A stretch of 64,000 nt of DNA from Octopus vulgaris (lineage: Eukaryota). The stretch spans positions 98,704,001 through 98,768,000 of the forward strand of contig OX597816.1 of NCBI GenBank assembly GCA_951406725.2. The letters are read 5' to 3'. Positions 14,500-27,889 of this stretch are shown piece by piece. The notes under the pieces were generated by a model. That model saw only the letters and a list, made by a program, of their open reading frames with translations. It was not told where the DNA came from and made no database searches. Position 1 is the stretch's first letter, and each line of letters opens with the position of its first letter. Made by a program: the position numbers and the translations under genes.

Positions 14500-15330
14500 C
14501 ACATAATTTAGCATTGTGCTATCAAGTGTCTGCAGCAAACGGGATTAACCTTCAAGGACATTCATGCAGATGTTGTCGCTATCATTGGTAGGTGATGCTA
14601 AAGCTTTATCAGTGGTGCAAAAGTGAGCAGCTGAATTTAGGAAGGGAAGAGAGTCTTGAAGAGGATACAAGTGCTGGATGTCTTGAAAATAGCATCACCA
14701 CGGAAAATATTGATTGTGTTCACTACATGGTGATAAATAACAAGCACTTGCCAATGCTATTTGCATATCCCCTGAGATAGCTGATAATATTCTACACAAT
14801 GAACTTGGCATAACGAAAGTTTCTGCTCGGGGGATAGCACGTCTTCTGACATTTTATCAAAAGCGCAACGAGGTTGTCACATTACGGGGAAATCTGACAT
14901 TGTTTCAGGCAGATCCAACTGGTCTCCTTGAATGTTTTGGAAGCGTTTCATAGCCCAGAATGAGTGTTGCTTCGTCACTTTGATTCAGCGACAAAGAAAG
15001 AATCCATGCAGTGGCAACATCTCTCCTTGCCTGCTCTAAAGATGGTCATGGTTGTTTCAGCTGCACTGAAGGTGATTGCCGTCAATGAAACGTACTTTGC
15101 CAACCTCCGGTTGCTGTTATGAAGGCTATCAATACCAAACGCCCAGGAAAACTGACGAAAGGTGTCTACTTTCATCAGGAAATACCCCAGTACATAATTT
15201 CTTGTTTCCGATGGCTGCTGGGCGTGTCTGTGTCTTTGAACTGGTTCAATCACTTCACCCTTTTTTTGGTTTGGAACCAGCTCACTATCATCTTTTCCAC
15301 AACATGAAAAAAAAAAAAACACTCTAGGAG
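14500..15330 (+). mobile_element. Mariner transposase pseudogene
   Basis: 'GLTFKDIHADVVA', 'AAEFRKGRESLEED..ITTENIDCVHYMV', 'ILHNELGITKVSARGIARLLT' (cf. WVPRLLT), 'FIAQNEC' (cf. TxDExW); frameshifted. Confidence 0.8.
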
Positions 15331-17096
15331 TATCGCAGTGCTTAAGAAAAATATACCGCATTTGGTCACATTCAATGAAGTTAATTTGGTCAGGCAAAGA
15401 ACTTTTCAACCGGCCTTTGTATGCCTATTGTCACTGTCCTAACACTGGGAAATCATGCAAAGTATGCAGCTTTGTTTTGAAATATTGCATGACAGGTTAA
15501 TCTTGGTTAACCGATCGTGTCACTGCCGAATCATCTCGAATCTTATCTAGTACCCGCACGGAACTGGAAAGAGCATGTAAGACACACATCTGTATCATAA
15601 TTACGTACGGAATCAAGAAAATACTCAAACCAGAATAGCTAACAACCGTTTACTAAATACTGTGTAATGTGAATAATATTCACATTGGCTTCCAATATTT
15701 AGAATGCTTACTTTTTGTATGCCGTCATTTTTGAAACTACTAATTCTGTGACAATCAATGCTTATCCATATATACAGACAAACACACAAACACAAAATAT
15801 ATTTGCGTACGTATATCTGAATGACACTCATGTCATTGAATACATATTTATCGCGAAATATATTGGGGACATTCCTATCAAAACTAATGTAAGACAACTG
15901 ATACTGTTTGTGACAGCAGGGAAAAATTACTGGTTACAAGTGTTGCCCTTACGCTTGTCAATAATTACACCAAGAGTAACTGAGCCGCTATACATTCAAC
16001 CAAAATATAATATCACTCCAACAGTGTATGAGCGTATATATGGGCATATATGAAATCACAGTACCGCTGAGGCTGTTGTGCTGGCCACTTGATATGTTAA
16101 CTTGCATATATGACAATCCATCATTTGAAATTGTATTACAGCCAGAAACAGGAGAATCAAAATTATCTGAAAACTCTTAACAATGCAGAACCTCAACTTT
16201 GGGACTTACGATTAACTGTGTGATGGTCAATTCGAATTCTTTTCAAATTCCAAATTGTCATTCCTAGTTAAATATCCCCCATTCGACTTTTGTGGAGAGG
16301 AGAATGATCGTAATGAACACTGCTGATATTCAAGGACGAGTAATAGATTTTTATGATGATATGAATTTTCGTTTTTAGATGCTACCGCAGGTTATAACAG
16401 GAAATTATTTCTCTATAAATTTATAACTACAGAAACTTAATATCGTCAAGACAGGAGAGTCAACAAAGCCGTATCGGAGTAGATGAAGCGAATTCCTGTA
16501 CTTTCCAGCACTACTTTGTGCTATATGCAGTGACGTCAATCGATTATTTCCAATACAGATTCCATTCCTAAGACGAGTATAGTAGATATAAGACTGTGGA
16601 AGAATCAGACATTGTGGAAGATTGTGGAAGAATCAGACAGGTCTGTTTCAATTTCTCCGTAACGGACATATATTCCCTCTCTCCCAATCCCAACTGAAGC
16701 ATTTTTCATCATGGTGTCGATTTCAGAAGCTAGAGATATAGCCCTAAACAAAACAAAGCTGCTAAGCTACAAACCAAAATACGTTAAACTATAATTAATG
16801 TTCGTCTCCTCTTGAACTAGGTGTAAACATCACCTGAGTTTCCTTCAGATCTATTAGAAGTTACTGTAGAAATGTATGTGTGCAGATGATTTAGTACAAG
16901 CGTGATTAGCAAGCGTAAAATGTAGGGAGGCAAACAAACGGATGAGACATGACCCGATGAGTTACTATGATGCGTAAAGCATCCAGCTTTACAGTCTTTC
17001 TGAAAACCAACCATTATCGAAGTAAAGAGATGTTGTAAAGTGAATGGTTAACTGATCGCTATTACTTCCATTTCAGAGAGGCAGTGTCGTCGTGAT

Positions 17097-17164
17097 TTTG
17101 CATTGAGACCAATTGATACCATCTCGTTCATTTGCATTGAGACCAATCGATACCATCTCGTTCA
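17097..17164. repeat. 34-bp tandem duplication (2 copies, 1 mismatch)
   Basis: tttgcattgagaccaa(t/c variant)gataccatctcgttca occurs twice in direct succession. Confidence 0.9.
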
Positions 17165-17433
17165 TTTGGTTGGGAACCCTATTCCTACGTATAGGAACAG
17201 CAAATCACATTTACTGTGTTCTATATATAAAGAGTTGCTCTAGCTGAGCAGTAAATGAGCAAGTCTGCATCTAACACCGAGGAAGCAAAATCCTGTCAGA
17301 ACACCGAATTTGATCGATCGTTGATATTGGGGGCTGAGTTCTGATTGCATTTAATTATAAAGTCTTTCTATAGGATGTTTCTCACAAACATGCACATACA
17401 GACACACACATACATAGACACACACATACATAG

Positions 17434-17496
<63 letters not shown>

Positions 17497-17795
17497 TTAT
17501 TAAGGCAGCTATTCGCAATTCAGAACCGACAGGCAAGAAGTACAGTTGTAACTAAAGTAACGGAGGGTGCTAGTAAGCACCACCATTGCTAGAAATAAGA
17601 ATAAAAACAATTCTGAGCCGCGTGAAAGCGCTTTTCTAACGGCGAGATGGAAGCATATCAGCGCCAATTTCAGATTTAATCAGTGTTTATCACTGAACCG
17701 TTACTCCGTCACCGAGGGTTAAAGAACTTAAGTCACTCTTTCTACCTTATAGACAATACCATGGGAAATATCGACAGATTTCGAAAATGGTGAAG

Positions 17796-18994
17796 TGAGA
17801 ATTATAAGTTATTAAGTTGGCTATTCGCAGTTTAGGATCGATAGCCAGTTTAGAACTGCTGGGCCAGTGTTTTCTGTTGTAGCCCCAGGCCGACCAAAGC
17901 CATGTGAAGGGATTTGGTAGACGGAAACTGAAAATAGTCCGTCGTATTTATATTTATATTTTTATGCGAGTGTGTGTGCCTTTGTGTCTGTGTTTGTCAC
18001 CCATCACTGCTTCATTATCAGTGTTTGTTCATTTACATCTGCGTAAATTAGTGTTACGGTAAGAGGCACGACAGAATAAGTACCAGTCTTAAAAAAAAAG
18101 TAATGGGGTTGAATGGTTCAACAAAAGTTTTTCAACGCGTGCCCCAAGATAACCGCAGCTTAATGACTGAAGAAACATAAAACTAGATAAATAATAAACA
18201 TGTCGATATATATCAATGAATAGATGTCGATGTGAGTATATATGTAAATATGTGTATAATTAGATATAGTTAGATGTATTTAGGTGGAGGCGCGTGGCTT
18301 AGTGGTTAGGGTGTTGAACTCATGATCGTAAGGTTGTGGTTTCGAAACCTGGTCCGGGCGATGCGTTGTGTTCTTGAGCAAGACACTTCATTGCACGTTG
18401 TTCCAGTCCTCTCAGCTGGCGAAAATGACTAATCCTACGATGGTGGAGAATTTCTATACCACTGAAACCGGGAAACCGGGCCTTATGAGCCTGTCACGGC
18501 ACGAGCAGGAATATTGTTTTTTTGTTAAGATGTATTTAGAGAGAGAATTAGACATCTAACTATATCTAATTATAAACATATTTACATATATACTCACATC
18601 GACATCTATTCGTTGATATTTATCGACATGTTTATTATTTATCTAGTTTTATGTTTCTTCAGTCACGCGCTGAAAAATTTTAGTTGAACAAATCAACACC
18701 ATTACTGGTATTTATTCTATTCGTGCCTTTTACCGTAACACTAATTTACGCAAATGTAAATGAACAAATACCAACAAGGAAGCGGTGATGGGTGGCAAAC
18801 ACAGACACAAAGGCACACACACTCGCATAGAAATATAAATATATACGACGGGCTATTTTCTGTTTCCGTCTACCAAATTCCCTCACATGGCTTTGGTCGG
18901 CCTGAGGCTACAACAGAAAACACTTACCCAGCGGTTCTAAACTGCCTATCGATCCTAAACTGCGAATAGCCAACTTAATAACTTATAATTTTCA
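17796..18994. repeat. Large inverted duplication (arms about 17796-18277 and 18552-18994)
   Basis: attataagttattaagttggctattcgcag... is the reverse complement of ...ctgcgaatagccaacttaataacttataat; complementarity continues inward to gttagatgt / acatctaac. Each arm holds a decayed SINE B body plus unique flanks. Confidence 0.92.
18284..18527 (+). mobile_element. SINE family C with 12-bp TSD
   Basis: A box TGGCTTAGTGG, B-box-like GGTTTCGAAACC; TSD agatgtatttag at 18272-18283 and 18528-18539. Confidence 0.88.
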
Positions 18995-19394
18995 TGAAAA
19001 ATATGGCCTCTCTAAGAGAGTTCGCCTTGATTCTGCCTGAGAATTAGTATCATGCTTGTGTGTATATATTCTTGTATCTGTATATGTAGATTAGTACGTT
19101 CACCTTGTTGCTTGTTCTGCTTCCCCTTCCCACATAACAATTCTACTCATAACCCATTCCGTGATGACGAACACTTTCCAGAAAGTCTGAGACCGATCTG
19201 AAGTAGCTATGGATACGAATCAAACTGGTTTCAATAATACACACACACACACACACACACACATACACACACACCGCGATCCTACGACTGCGATTCCGCT
19301 GCCCTAACCACTGGTCCATTGCGCCTACACACACACACACAGACACACACACAGACGCACAGACACAGACACACACACACACACACATGTGTGT

Positions 19395-19697
19395 GTGGAG
19401 GCGCAATGGACCAGTGGTTAGGGCAGCGGACTCGCGTCGTAGGATCGCGGTTTCGATTCCCAGACCGGGCGTTGTGAGTGTCTATTGAGCGAAAACACCT
19501 AAAGCTCTACGAGGCTCCGGCAGTGGGTGCTGGTGATCCCTGCTGTACTCTTTCGCCACAACTTTCTCTCACTCTTTTTTCTGTTGGCCTGCTCGTTTAG
19601 CCAGCGGGGTGGCGTCATTTGAAGGCTAAAACAATGCGAAGCGCATTGTGACCAGCGATGTGTAGCAACATGTGATAGCCTGATCGGTCACGGTGAT
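19395..19697 (+). mobile_element. SINE family D (tRNA head)
   Basis: GGCGCAATGGACCAGTGGTTAGGGCAGCGG..GGTTTCGATTCC (A/B boxes) followed by a ~230-bp body ending at (TA)n. Confidence 0.8.
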
Positions 19698-20472
19698 ATA
19701 TATATATATATACATGCATACATGTATGGATATTTATATCCATACATACAAACACACATACATAGTGTAAGAATAGTTGTGTTATATCACAAGTAGGGTA
19801 GAAGTGATCTGCTTGATATCCAAAGATGACAAGGTTTTTCGAGATTTACTGGGATACTTTTTGTGCTATTATACATGCAAATAGAATGTTAAATAATTTT
19901 AAATCATACTGAATTTATATATCTTGCAAACTTTTACACTTGCAGCTGCGTTTAAATGGCAAATAATTATTCAGCACAAAATGGCATATAACATTGAAGT
20001 AAGAAAAAGTGAAATAATGTTGAACAAGTTTCGTTTCTTGCCACTATATGTGATTCCTTTTAGTGTTTCCTCAATTTAACATTTGATATTTTTTTTTCCT
20101 GTATATTTATAATATGGCCAACAATAATACACGGAAATCAAAACTAAATGCGGAAACTCAAGAGAATAACAATACGTTGCGTAGATCGATATGTAGTTAT
20201 ATGCTGATTTTATATAATTTTACTTGCATGCATACATATATACATGCATACATATATACATGCATACATGTATGTATGTATGTATATGTTCATGAGTTTA
20301 GGTATGCATATGTGCTTACGCATTGTATATGCTTACGCATTGTATATGCGATAATTTGTGTTGAAAGCAGTAAAATATATGGAGGTCTAATGCTGCTAAA
20401 TAATTTTCAACTAAATAGAACGTCATAATATTCAACTGTATCGATCTCTCTCGCTCTCTCTCTCTCTCATTC

Positions 20473-20546
<74 letters not shown>

Positions 20547-21079
20547 TGTGTGTATATCTGTGTTTGTCTGTGCGTGTGTGTATCTATGTGTATATATGTA
20601 TGTATGCATATACAAATATATATATATATATATATACAGTCTTTAAAATATTCTGAATACGCATGAAATTTATTCTTGTAATGAGATTTCCCTGAGGTTT
20701 TGTACTACATTATCTATGAGTTATATATTTAAACATACAGTAGTTTCTACTGAGATATACATTTTATTAATTTAATCTTTTTTTTGCTTTCGTCTGTAAT
20801 ATTTTAAAATTCTTCCCACGGCTTTGAAAGTAATCCACTGGGAGTATATATTGTTGGAATTCAACATGATATGTTTTCTGTATGATAATGTTGTGAGATA
20901 TTAATTAAATGCCTTATTTTGTCTTTACAAATATGAGTTATGGAAATCTCAAAAGATATTCATATGAAAATAAATGTATTGGAAACATACAGAACCAGGT
21001 CAGGTTTTGTCAAACCGGTGTAGTGCGCCATGTAACTTGTTATCTTAAACAACACAATATTAATGTTTCTTACAAGTTT

Positions 21080-21253
21080 TGGTACAAGTCCAGCAATTTC
21101 ACGTGTACGGATATGTCGATTATTCAACTGGTACTTATTTTATCCTTCCCTAACACAAAATTAACTTCTGTGTAATCTGAACTGAAAACGTGAAGACGGG
21201 CAATATTCCGCTATGTATTTTGCACGGCGGGCAAACGATTCTACCAGCTCGCC
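21080..21253 (-). mobile_element. SINE family A, decayed
   Basis: ...gcaaacgattctaccagctcgcc is the reverse complement of the family A head. Confidence 0.65.
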
Positions 21254-21292
21254 TCTTTCTTATACAATATCATTGTTAAGATGATCATAAAG

Positions 21293-21494
21293 TAGGCGAA
21301 TTAGTAGAATTGTTATCATGCCGCCTAAAATTCTTAACAGAATTTGGTCCGTCGTTACGTTCTAAGTTGAAATTACGCCGTAGTTCGCCTTGCTTTTTCA
21401 TCCTTTCAAGTTCGATAAACAACTAGAATCAATGTGATCGACTAACCCCTCTCTCGAAATGGTTGGCCTTTTGCTAAAATTTGAGACCAATATT
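21293..21494 (+). mobile_element. SINE family A, decayed
   Basis: ggcgaattagtagaattgtta..ttacgttctaagttgaaatt..tttcatcctttc..gatcgact..aaaatttgagaccaa. Confidence 0.7.
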
Positions 21495-23999
21495 AATGCG
21501 AATGAGTGCTGAGAGTTTTCATCGCGGACACAAAGTTTTAGTACAATCTCTTCTTTTTTATACTGCAAAAAGCCGTGGATTCCACACAATTACACATTAG
21601 CCAAAGTGGCATTTCTTTTGAATCACAGCTACTTTCAAGCATGTGAAATGATTGTTAAAGAGCATCCTTTTTTGATTTGTGTTGATGCAACTTTAGTATT
21701 AAACTTGTTATCCTTATAATGATGGCTTATGGAGAAACAGAAAATATTGAAAATTACTTCTAATATAATAACTTAAAAGAATTGGTGTATTATCAAATGC
21801 ATTTCGGCCGTGAACATCCTGCGCTAGAAGTTATTTACCGACAGATGCATTAAGAAAACTTCATTAAGGCAGTCACCATCAAAATAAAGTACCCTAATTA
21901 TCTGTTTCAATGAAAGTGTTAGATGTATTGAAAGAACTAATTACCGATCTATTATTGCTTGCTTCCAAATATATATTTAATTACAGAGTAACATATTGAT
22001 CCAAAACATCAAATATTTGGAGATCAATGACTTTTCTCTAAAATGTTTGAACACTTTAAACTTTCGTAATAAATCGTTTATCTACATCTGAATTAAAGAT
22101 AGAACGACTGCATGGATAATTTATTGGTCTACAAATTTATGGGGCGTGATTACACAACTGGCAGTGACTTTTAGTTGCTTCTGTTAGGAAGACAAGTATG
22201 CTGGCTAATTTTTAATTTTTGATACCTGTTCAACCACTGATGGACGATGCCTATGATCAGAGAAATTCTAGGTATCATGTATTTTATACATTTAGTAGCT
22301 ACTTTTTAAAACTATGTCATGCAATTTGCAGTATTTCTCTGCTATTTCTAATGAATCATCATATGTTTTTCTGTTTCGCTTTATGGTGCATTATCACAAG
22401 TTTTTCAATTTTAGAGAATAAGTATGATAATACTGATACGCGTTACTTGTAATAATTATAAACCATTTCTGCAAGTAGCCACTCCACCTTAAAAGTAAGA
22501 GAGTTAAATAGTAAGTAGAGGCCTTGACATACTACCTTAGAAAAGCAACTGTATATACACATAACAGGGACACATTTTATGTGATGCATCTTTTCAATCG
22601 TCAGCAGTTAAATCAATAGCAAATTTTGGGCTGAGTTCTCTGTCCATTTAACAGTACGGAAATCAATTAATTTTTAATGCTGGTTCCGAGGATTAAATTT
22701 GTCTAGAAGGAGGTGAAATTTTTAACTGCATAATATAACATTTCTTTCACGAAAAGATAAAAATAACTCGCTGTACTTAAATGATTTTTGCCTACTCACT
22801 TAGATCACATTATTTTCAATTACATTTAGTGTAATATGCTCTTAAGACGTTTTCATTCTCATAAAGAACATAAAAGATAAACATTGTTGATAAGAAATAA
22901 GATGCTCTGAAAAGTATTGTACGACGTATAACTGGCCAAGATTCAGAATACAAGGTTGATCTTTCTCCTTGTTGTCATTTAAAATCAGGTAACAAAATGT
23001 CATATTTTATCTTTCTGAACCACTTTTAGAACCAAATTGAAGCGTAATGACAAGTTTGATAAATACCGAAATTGATTTATGGAACCATTCAATGAGCGAT
23101 CGAAATGTCAGTGTTAATTCACATTCAAGAAGATAAATAACAGAAGATATTGCATGCTCTACCGAAATTTAGATACATTTTTTAATCTTAAAATTATAAG
23201 CAAAGCTGAGAGAAAATGTTTGAAATGCAGTAAACGAAAGGAGCACATTTGTTATATTACTATACATTTGCTTCTTAATACATTGAATCGTGTATGCGTC
23301 TGCATTGTTAATTATTTCAGTATCCTCAAAGTGATAAATGTGTTATTAATTATTGCAGGTGAAACTGAAGATAAGGATGAAGCAAATAACTGAAATGTTC
23401 TCTCGATATTACACACTTTTGTAAAGTTTCCTTCATATTTAGCATTTCTTTACTAAATAATGTTCCAATACACACACACATCTCTCCTCGTCTGTGCCAA
23501 AAACGCCCTCTTTGGTTGTTTTCTTGTGTGTTTTTATTTCTTGTATTGTATTTTTTTGTAATTGTATTTATATTTTGTATTTTATTTTGTAATTTTATTT
23601 GTATCGTTTTTACGCCCTGTTTGTGTCACATTTTGTTCTTTCCTTCTTTTTACCCCTCTGCGAAGTAATTCCCTTTAATTTCTTCGCAGGAAGGGCTACT
23701 TCGACGAGTCGTGTTCTGTCCTCACCTTCGAAACACACTGGAGTTGAACTAGGGACAGCTGATAAAGGGGATTTTTCCTTGTGTAGTTTGTCTAGTACTC
23801 TGTTTTTTCTTTGTAAAAAAAAAAAGGTTCGTTCCATGCTTGTTTTTACGTTTTCGTTCTCGTTGAGTTCTGCGTCTATTTGTGGTGTCCTGTACTCACG
23901 TATATATATTTTCATATGCATGTATATATATACATGTAGATGTAGGTACGTACATATATGTATGCATATATTTTATTTATTACACTATATATATATATA

Positions 24000-24205
24000 G
24001 TTAATCCAAACAAGAAAACAAAAAAAAAAACAACAACGCAAGGACGTGGAACAAATAAAGTATTATTGGACGATCAGGAAAGAAGGTAAGAAGGAGGTTT
24101 TGACGTTTCGAGCGGAGCTCTTCGTCGGAAACATATGAGAAGGCAAGATCCCGAGAAGGGAAGACAGGGGAAAAATCGCTAGTCATACAGACGGGGTCAC
24201 ATACT
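24000..24205 (-). mobile_element. Penelope-type terminal-repeat fragment with minimal HHR motif (24097-24132)
   Basis: Minus strand GTTT CCGACGA A GAGC TCC GCTC GAAAC GTC AAAAC; flanked by (TA)n; followed by a T-rich 3' region. Confidence 0.65.
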
Positions 24206-24231
24206 AAAAGTATATATATATATATATATAC

Positions 24232-24570
24232 TGCGTGGTACATTGGGCAAGTATCCTCTATTAATGCCTCGGTTCAAATAACGCCATGTGAGTGGATTTA
24301 GCAGATTGAAACTGAAAGAAGCCCATCGTATATATAGACAAAGATGCGCGTGTGTGTGTATCTGTGTATGTGTCTGTGTTTGGACCCCATTACCGCTTGG
24401 CAACTGAGGTTAGTGTTTTTACGTCTCCGCAACTTTGCGGTTCGACAAAAGTGATCGATAGAATAAGTACCAGCCTTAATAGATAAATACTGGGTTCGAT
24501 TGATTCGACTAAATATTCAAGGCGGTACGCAGCATGGCCGTATTCTTATGACTGAAATAAGTAAAAGTTA
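24232..24570 (+). mobile_element. SINE family B, 5'-truncated and decayed
   Basis: ttgggcaagt..gaaactgaaagaagccc..gatagaataagtac..aaggcggt..cagcatggcc..gactgaaa..gtaaaag. Confidence 0.8.
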
Positions 24571-24615
24571 AAAGATAATATATCTATCTGTCTATATATA
24601 TGTGTATATATATAG

Positions 24616-24653
<38 letters not shown>

Positions 24654-24669
24654 ATACATACATACAAAC

Positions 24670-24722
<53 letters not shown>

Positions 24723-24744
24723 CATACAAACATATATATATATC

Positions 24745-24952
24745 GCCATGTTGATTCGCTAGCCTCTGCACGCATTTTTTTTCTCTCCTTGTTTCTTTCC
24801 ATGTTTTTTTTCTGTGTATCTTTCTGTTGAAGAGCGTAGGCTCGAAACGTAAAAGACGTGTTTTATTTATATTCCTGAGCGCCATACTAATACAATTGTT
24901 TGTTTGTATTCCACCTGCCTTCGTCTTTTGTTTATTCTCATAAAGCTTCCCG

Positions 24953-24957
<5 letters not shown>
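24745..24957 (+). mobile_element. Penelope-type terminal-repeat fragment with minimal HHR motif (24819-24856)
   Basis: TCTTT CTGTTGA A GAGC GTAG GCTC GAAAC GTA AAAGA; second copy of the same element at 34600-34747; both embedded in (TA)n. Confidence 0.7.
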
Positions 24958-24985
<28 letters not shown>

Positions 24986-25079
24986 CATACGTACATACAA
25001 ACATATATATATATATACATACATACATACATGCATACATACATACATACATACAAACATATATATATATATACATACA

Positions 25080-25115
<36 letters not shown>

Positions 25116-25153
25116 TATGTATATATATGTATATATATATGTATATATATATG

Positions 25154-25252
<99 letters not shown>

Positions 25253-25309
25253 GTATATATGTATATATATATGTATATATTTATATATGTATATAAGTAT
25301 ATATATGTA

Positions 25310-25385
<76 letters not shown>
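24958..25385. repeat. Long (TA)n/(TACA)n microsatellite
   Basis: Seen directly. Confidence 0.95.
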
Positions 25386-25387
<2 letters not shown>

Positions 25388-25575
25388 GGTCCCGGGTTGA
25401 TTCGGGGTTAACCACAGTAAATAAGGTACTCAATACATAGCAGAGTAAAATTAATTTATTATATAGAAGGAGCTTTACGGATAGAACTTTTCATTCAAGA
25501 GAAATCATCAGGAACTGCTTCCTGATGATTTCTCTTGAATGAAACAGTTCTAGTCTGTAAACTCCTTCTATATAT

Positions 25576-25578
<3 letters not shown>
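25386..25578. repeat. Foldback palindrome of an HHR-bearing terminal repeat
   Basis: Perfect 26-bp arms 25489-25514 / 25519-25544 with loop ctgc, extending imperfectly to about 25460-25574; contains CTGATGA..GAAAC..GTC. Confidence 0.85.
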
Positions 25579-25620
<42 letters not shown>

Positions 25621-25759
25621 GTGTATATATATACATACATACAAACATATATATTTATATATATTAGAAACATATATATATATATATATATATATATAAC
25701 AAAATAGATTTGTAAGGTACCGCAGACGCGTACAAACATACACACACAAAAGTATATAT

Positions 25760-26500
25760 TTATGGTAGTAACTGGCTTACCTAAATTGGAGGTCGAAGGA
25801 AGATACAAAGAAATCATTTAGAAAATTTCATTTTAAGTTTTCATATTTCAATATTCTATTTGATTTTAACACAAAATTGTGAAATTTTGGGATGTCGTAC
25901 TTAAATGAAGTACCGAGTTATATTACCCGTACTGGAAACCAAATCAAACATTTAAATATATAATCATTCCCTCTAATCATCATCAATTAACCCTCGATAT
26001 TATCATTACGGTTATCTGTATTACCAGCCCACAAGCAAACGAGAAGATCTTTAATGCACACTCCCAATTTTGTAATCAAATCAAGGCCTGAAATTAAACA
26101 GCTTTCACGATCATATTTTCTACATCCTTGACACCAAACTCAAAACCAAATTAGCTCATTTCCCATCTGACATTAATCTTGAAATTACAAATACGATTTC
26201 TTCCTTAAATTATAAAAGTATAAGATAACCTTTTTTTTAACCATACTAAACTTCATAACCTTCATTTTAGTAACTGTAATAAACGTAGGCACTCTATGCC
26301 TGAACGGCGTTCTTTAAGATTCTGAAATAAATTTTTCCTAAGCACAACAAATATTACCCCATATTTAACAAGCACTTTATGAAGTTATCTTTCTCTACCA
26401 CGCCGTTTTTGGGATCTATAATTGCATCCTCAAATAGAAATACATTCCAACTTTAAATGACTAAAAGCTTAGATCACGATAAGATACCCAATATGAGTCC
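25760..26500 (+). mobile_element. Decayed Penelope-like RT C-terminal region
   Basis: 'KIVKFWDVVLK*STELYYPYWKPNQTFKYIIIPSNH' (cf. VNFLDV.L....Y.PY.KPN....Y....SNHP), 'NEKIFN', 'MKLSFSTTP' (cf. KISYSCxPN). Confidence 0.7.
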
Positions 26501-27889
26501 AAATTAAAATAATAAAACAAAAAATGTAAGTCTATCTAACTCTAAACGCTACCAATCCCAAATAAACCTAGGCCAACCCGACACAGCCTTAATAGATCCG
26601 AGTAAAAGATTCATTTTTTCCTCGGAAGACCGAACCCCTAGAACAGCCGTAGAAAAATTTTCTTTTAACATGTAACTTAAAATTTTTTTGATACCTATTA
26701 TTTTCTCTTCATTATATTTTTACTTCTTTTTTTTAAATGTATTATCTGTAATCCATTATTAAGTATGTTTGTATATTCATATATTTATATGTCCATATAT
26801 ATTCTTAATATTCATATATTTTATATGTTTTGTGAACTATTGTTATCCTGTTTAATTCTATATACATATGTGTTCATTGTAGTTTGTCTGATTTGAACTT
26901 TCTCCATTCTATTTATTATACTTGTCTAGCGTCTCAGCTTCGAATTGAGCACGTAGCTAGTTTAAAATTGGAAGTAAAGCTTGTGGACCTTTATGCTACA
27001 TTTGTGTACACACCACACCTCAGTGGTCTACAAGCACCAACGTAGGAATCTCTGAGCGATTAATTTTTTTTTCCATCCAGGAAGAGAGATCTCCTTCACT
27101 GTGTGTCCATATTTTAATTAACATATGGTACATGTAGCTCACTGTATTAATTTATATTGTTATAGAAGCTTATTTTGGTTGTGTTTTCTGTCATTCCGTG
27201 AATTTTTGTTGGTCACGTCTAACAATCAATGTACTAGCGATCTCATCTTAGAGACCTCTAGCTTTTGCTACTGAACACTTGTTTGTATTTCTTTTTGTCG
27301 TTGTACTATTATGTTTTGTCGTCTGATTTAGATTATATTTTTAAAGCAACTCCTCTTTTTTATTTCCTTTCTCATAAATTGTACTCCGAACTACATATTG
27401 AATAATAGCTTTTATTAAAAGCAGATTTTCTTTCACATTCTCTATTATTTGAAAATATTGTTCTCCATTTCCCAGTATATTTTATAAATGCACTCAGTAT
27501 TTTGCTTGTTTGCACACTGCTAAGTCACGTACAGTGTAGTTGAATATTATATTGACTATTACTAATATAACTTATTAATGTATCAGCACGATATTCATGC
27601 TTACTATGTATGTAGTTATCAGTTTACTCTGGCTTATTTATAAGCTAACGCTTCTGTATTCATTAATCCTGAAATTTCTTTTATGGATATGCATTATATT
27701 TTGTCTATTTCACTAATTCCGAAATATTTATAGATTTTGTGCCTGTTTATTAGGCTTGATATTAAACTCCCTTTTATCATTTTACTGAATTGTATTTCAT
27801 ATCAGTCCATACAATGGGTGTGTAGAATTAATTTAACAAACTTTTTTTAAATATAATTTACACCATAGATTCCATAGCATATAAATTGA

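Noticed and set aside
16400-16760. Possible Tc1/IS630-type remnant ('YSLSPNP' word) and a 17-bp local duplication
   Set aside because: One weak motif only; no other catalytic motifs or TIRs recognisable.
17097-17164. 34-bp repeat of CRISPR-like length
   Set aside because: Only two adjacent copies with no spacer; a simple tandem duplication.
18284-19470. tRNA genes at the SINE C and D heads (also families A and B)
   Set aside because: A/B boxes are present but there is no complete cloverleaf or terminator, and they run into repeated SINE bodies, some with TSDs.
23345-23393. Possible terminal exon (ttgcag then GETEDKDEANN*)
   Set aside because: Too short, weak pyrimidine tract, no partner exons or homology; would need RNA-seq support.
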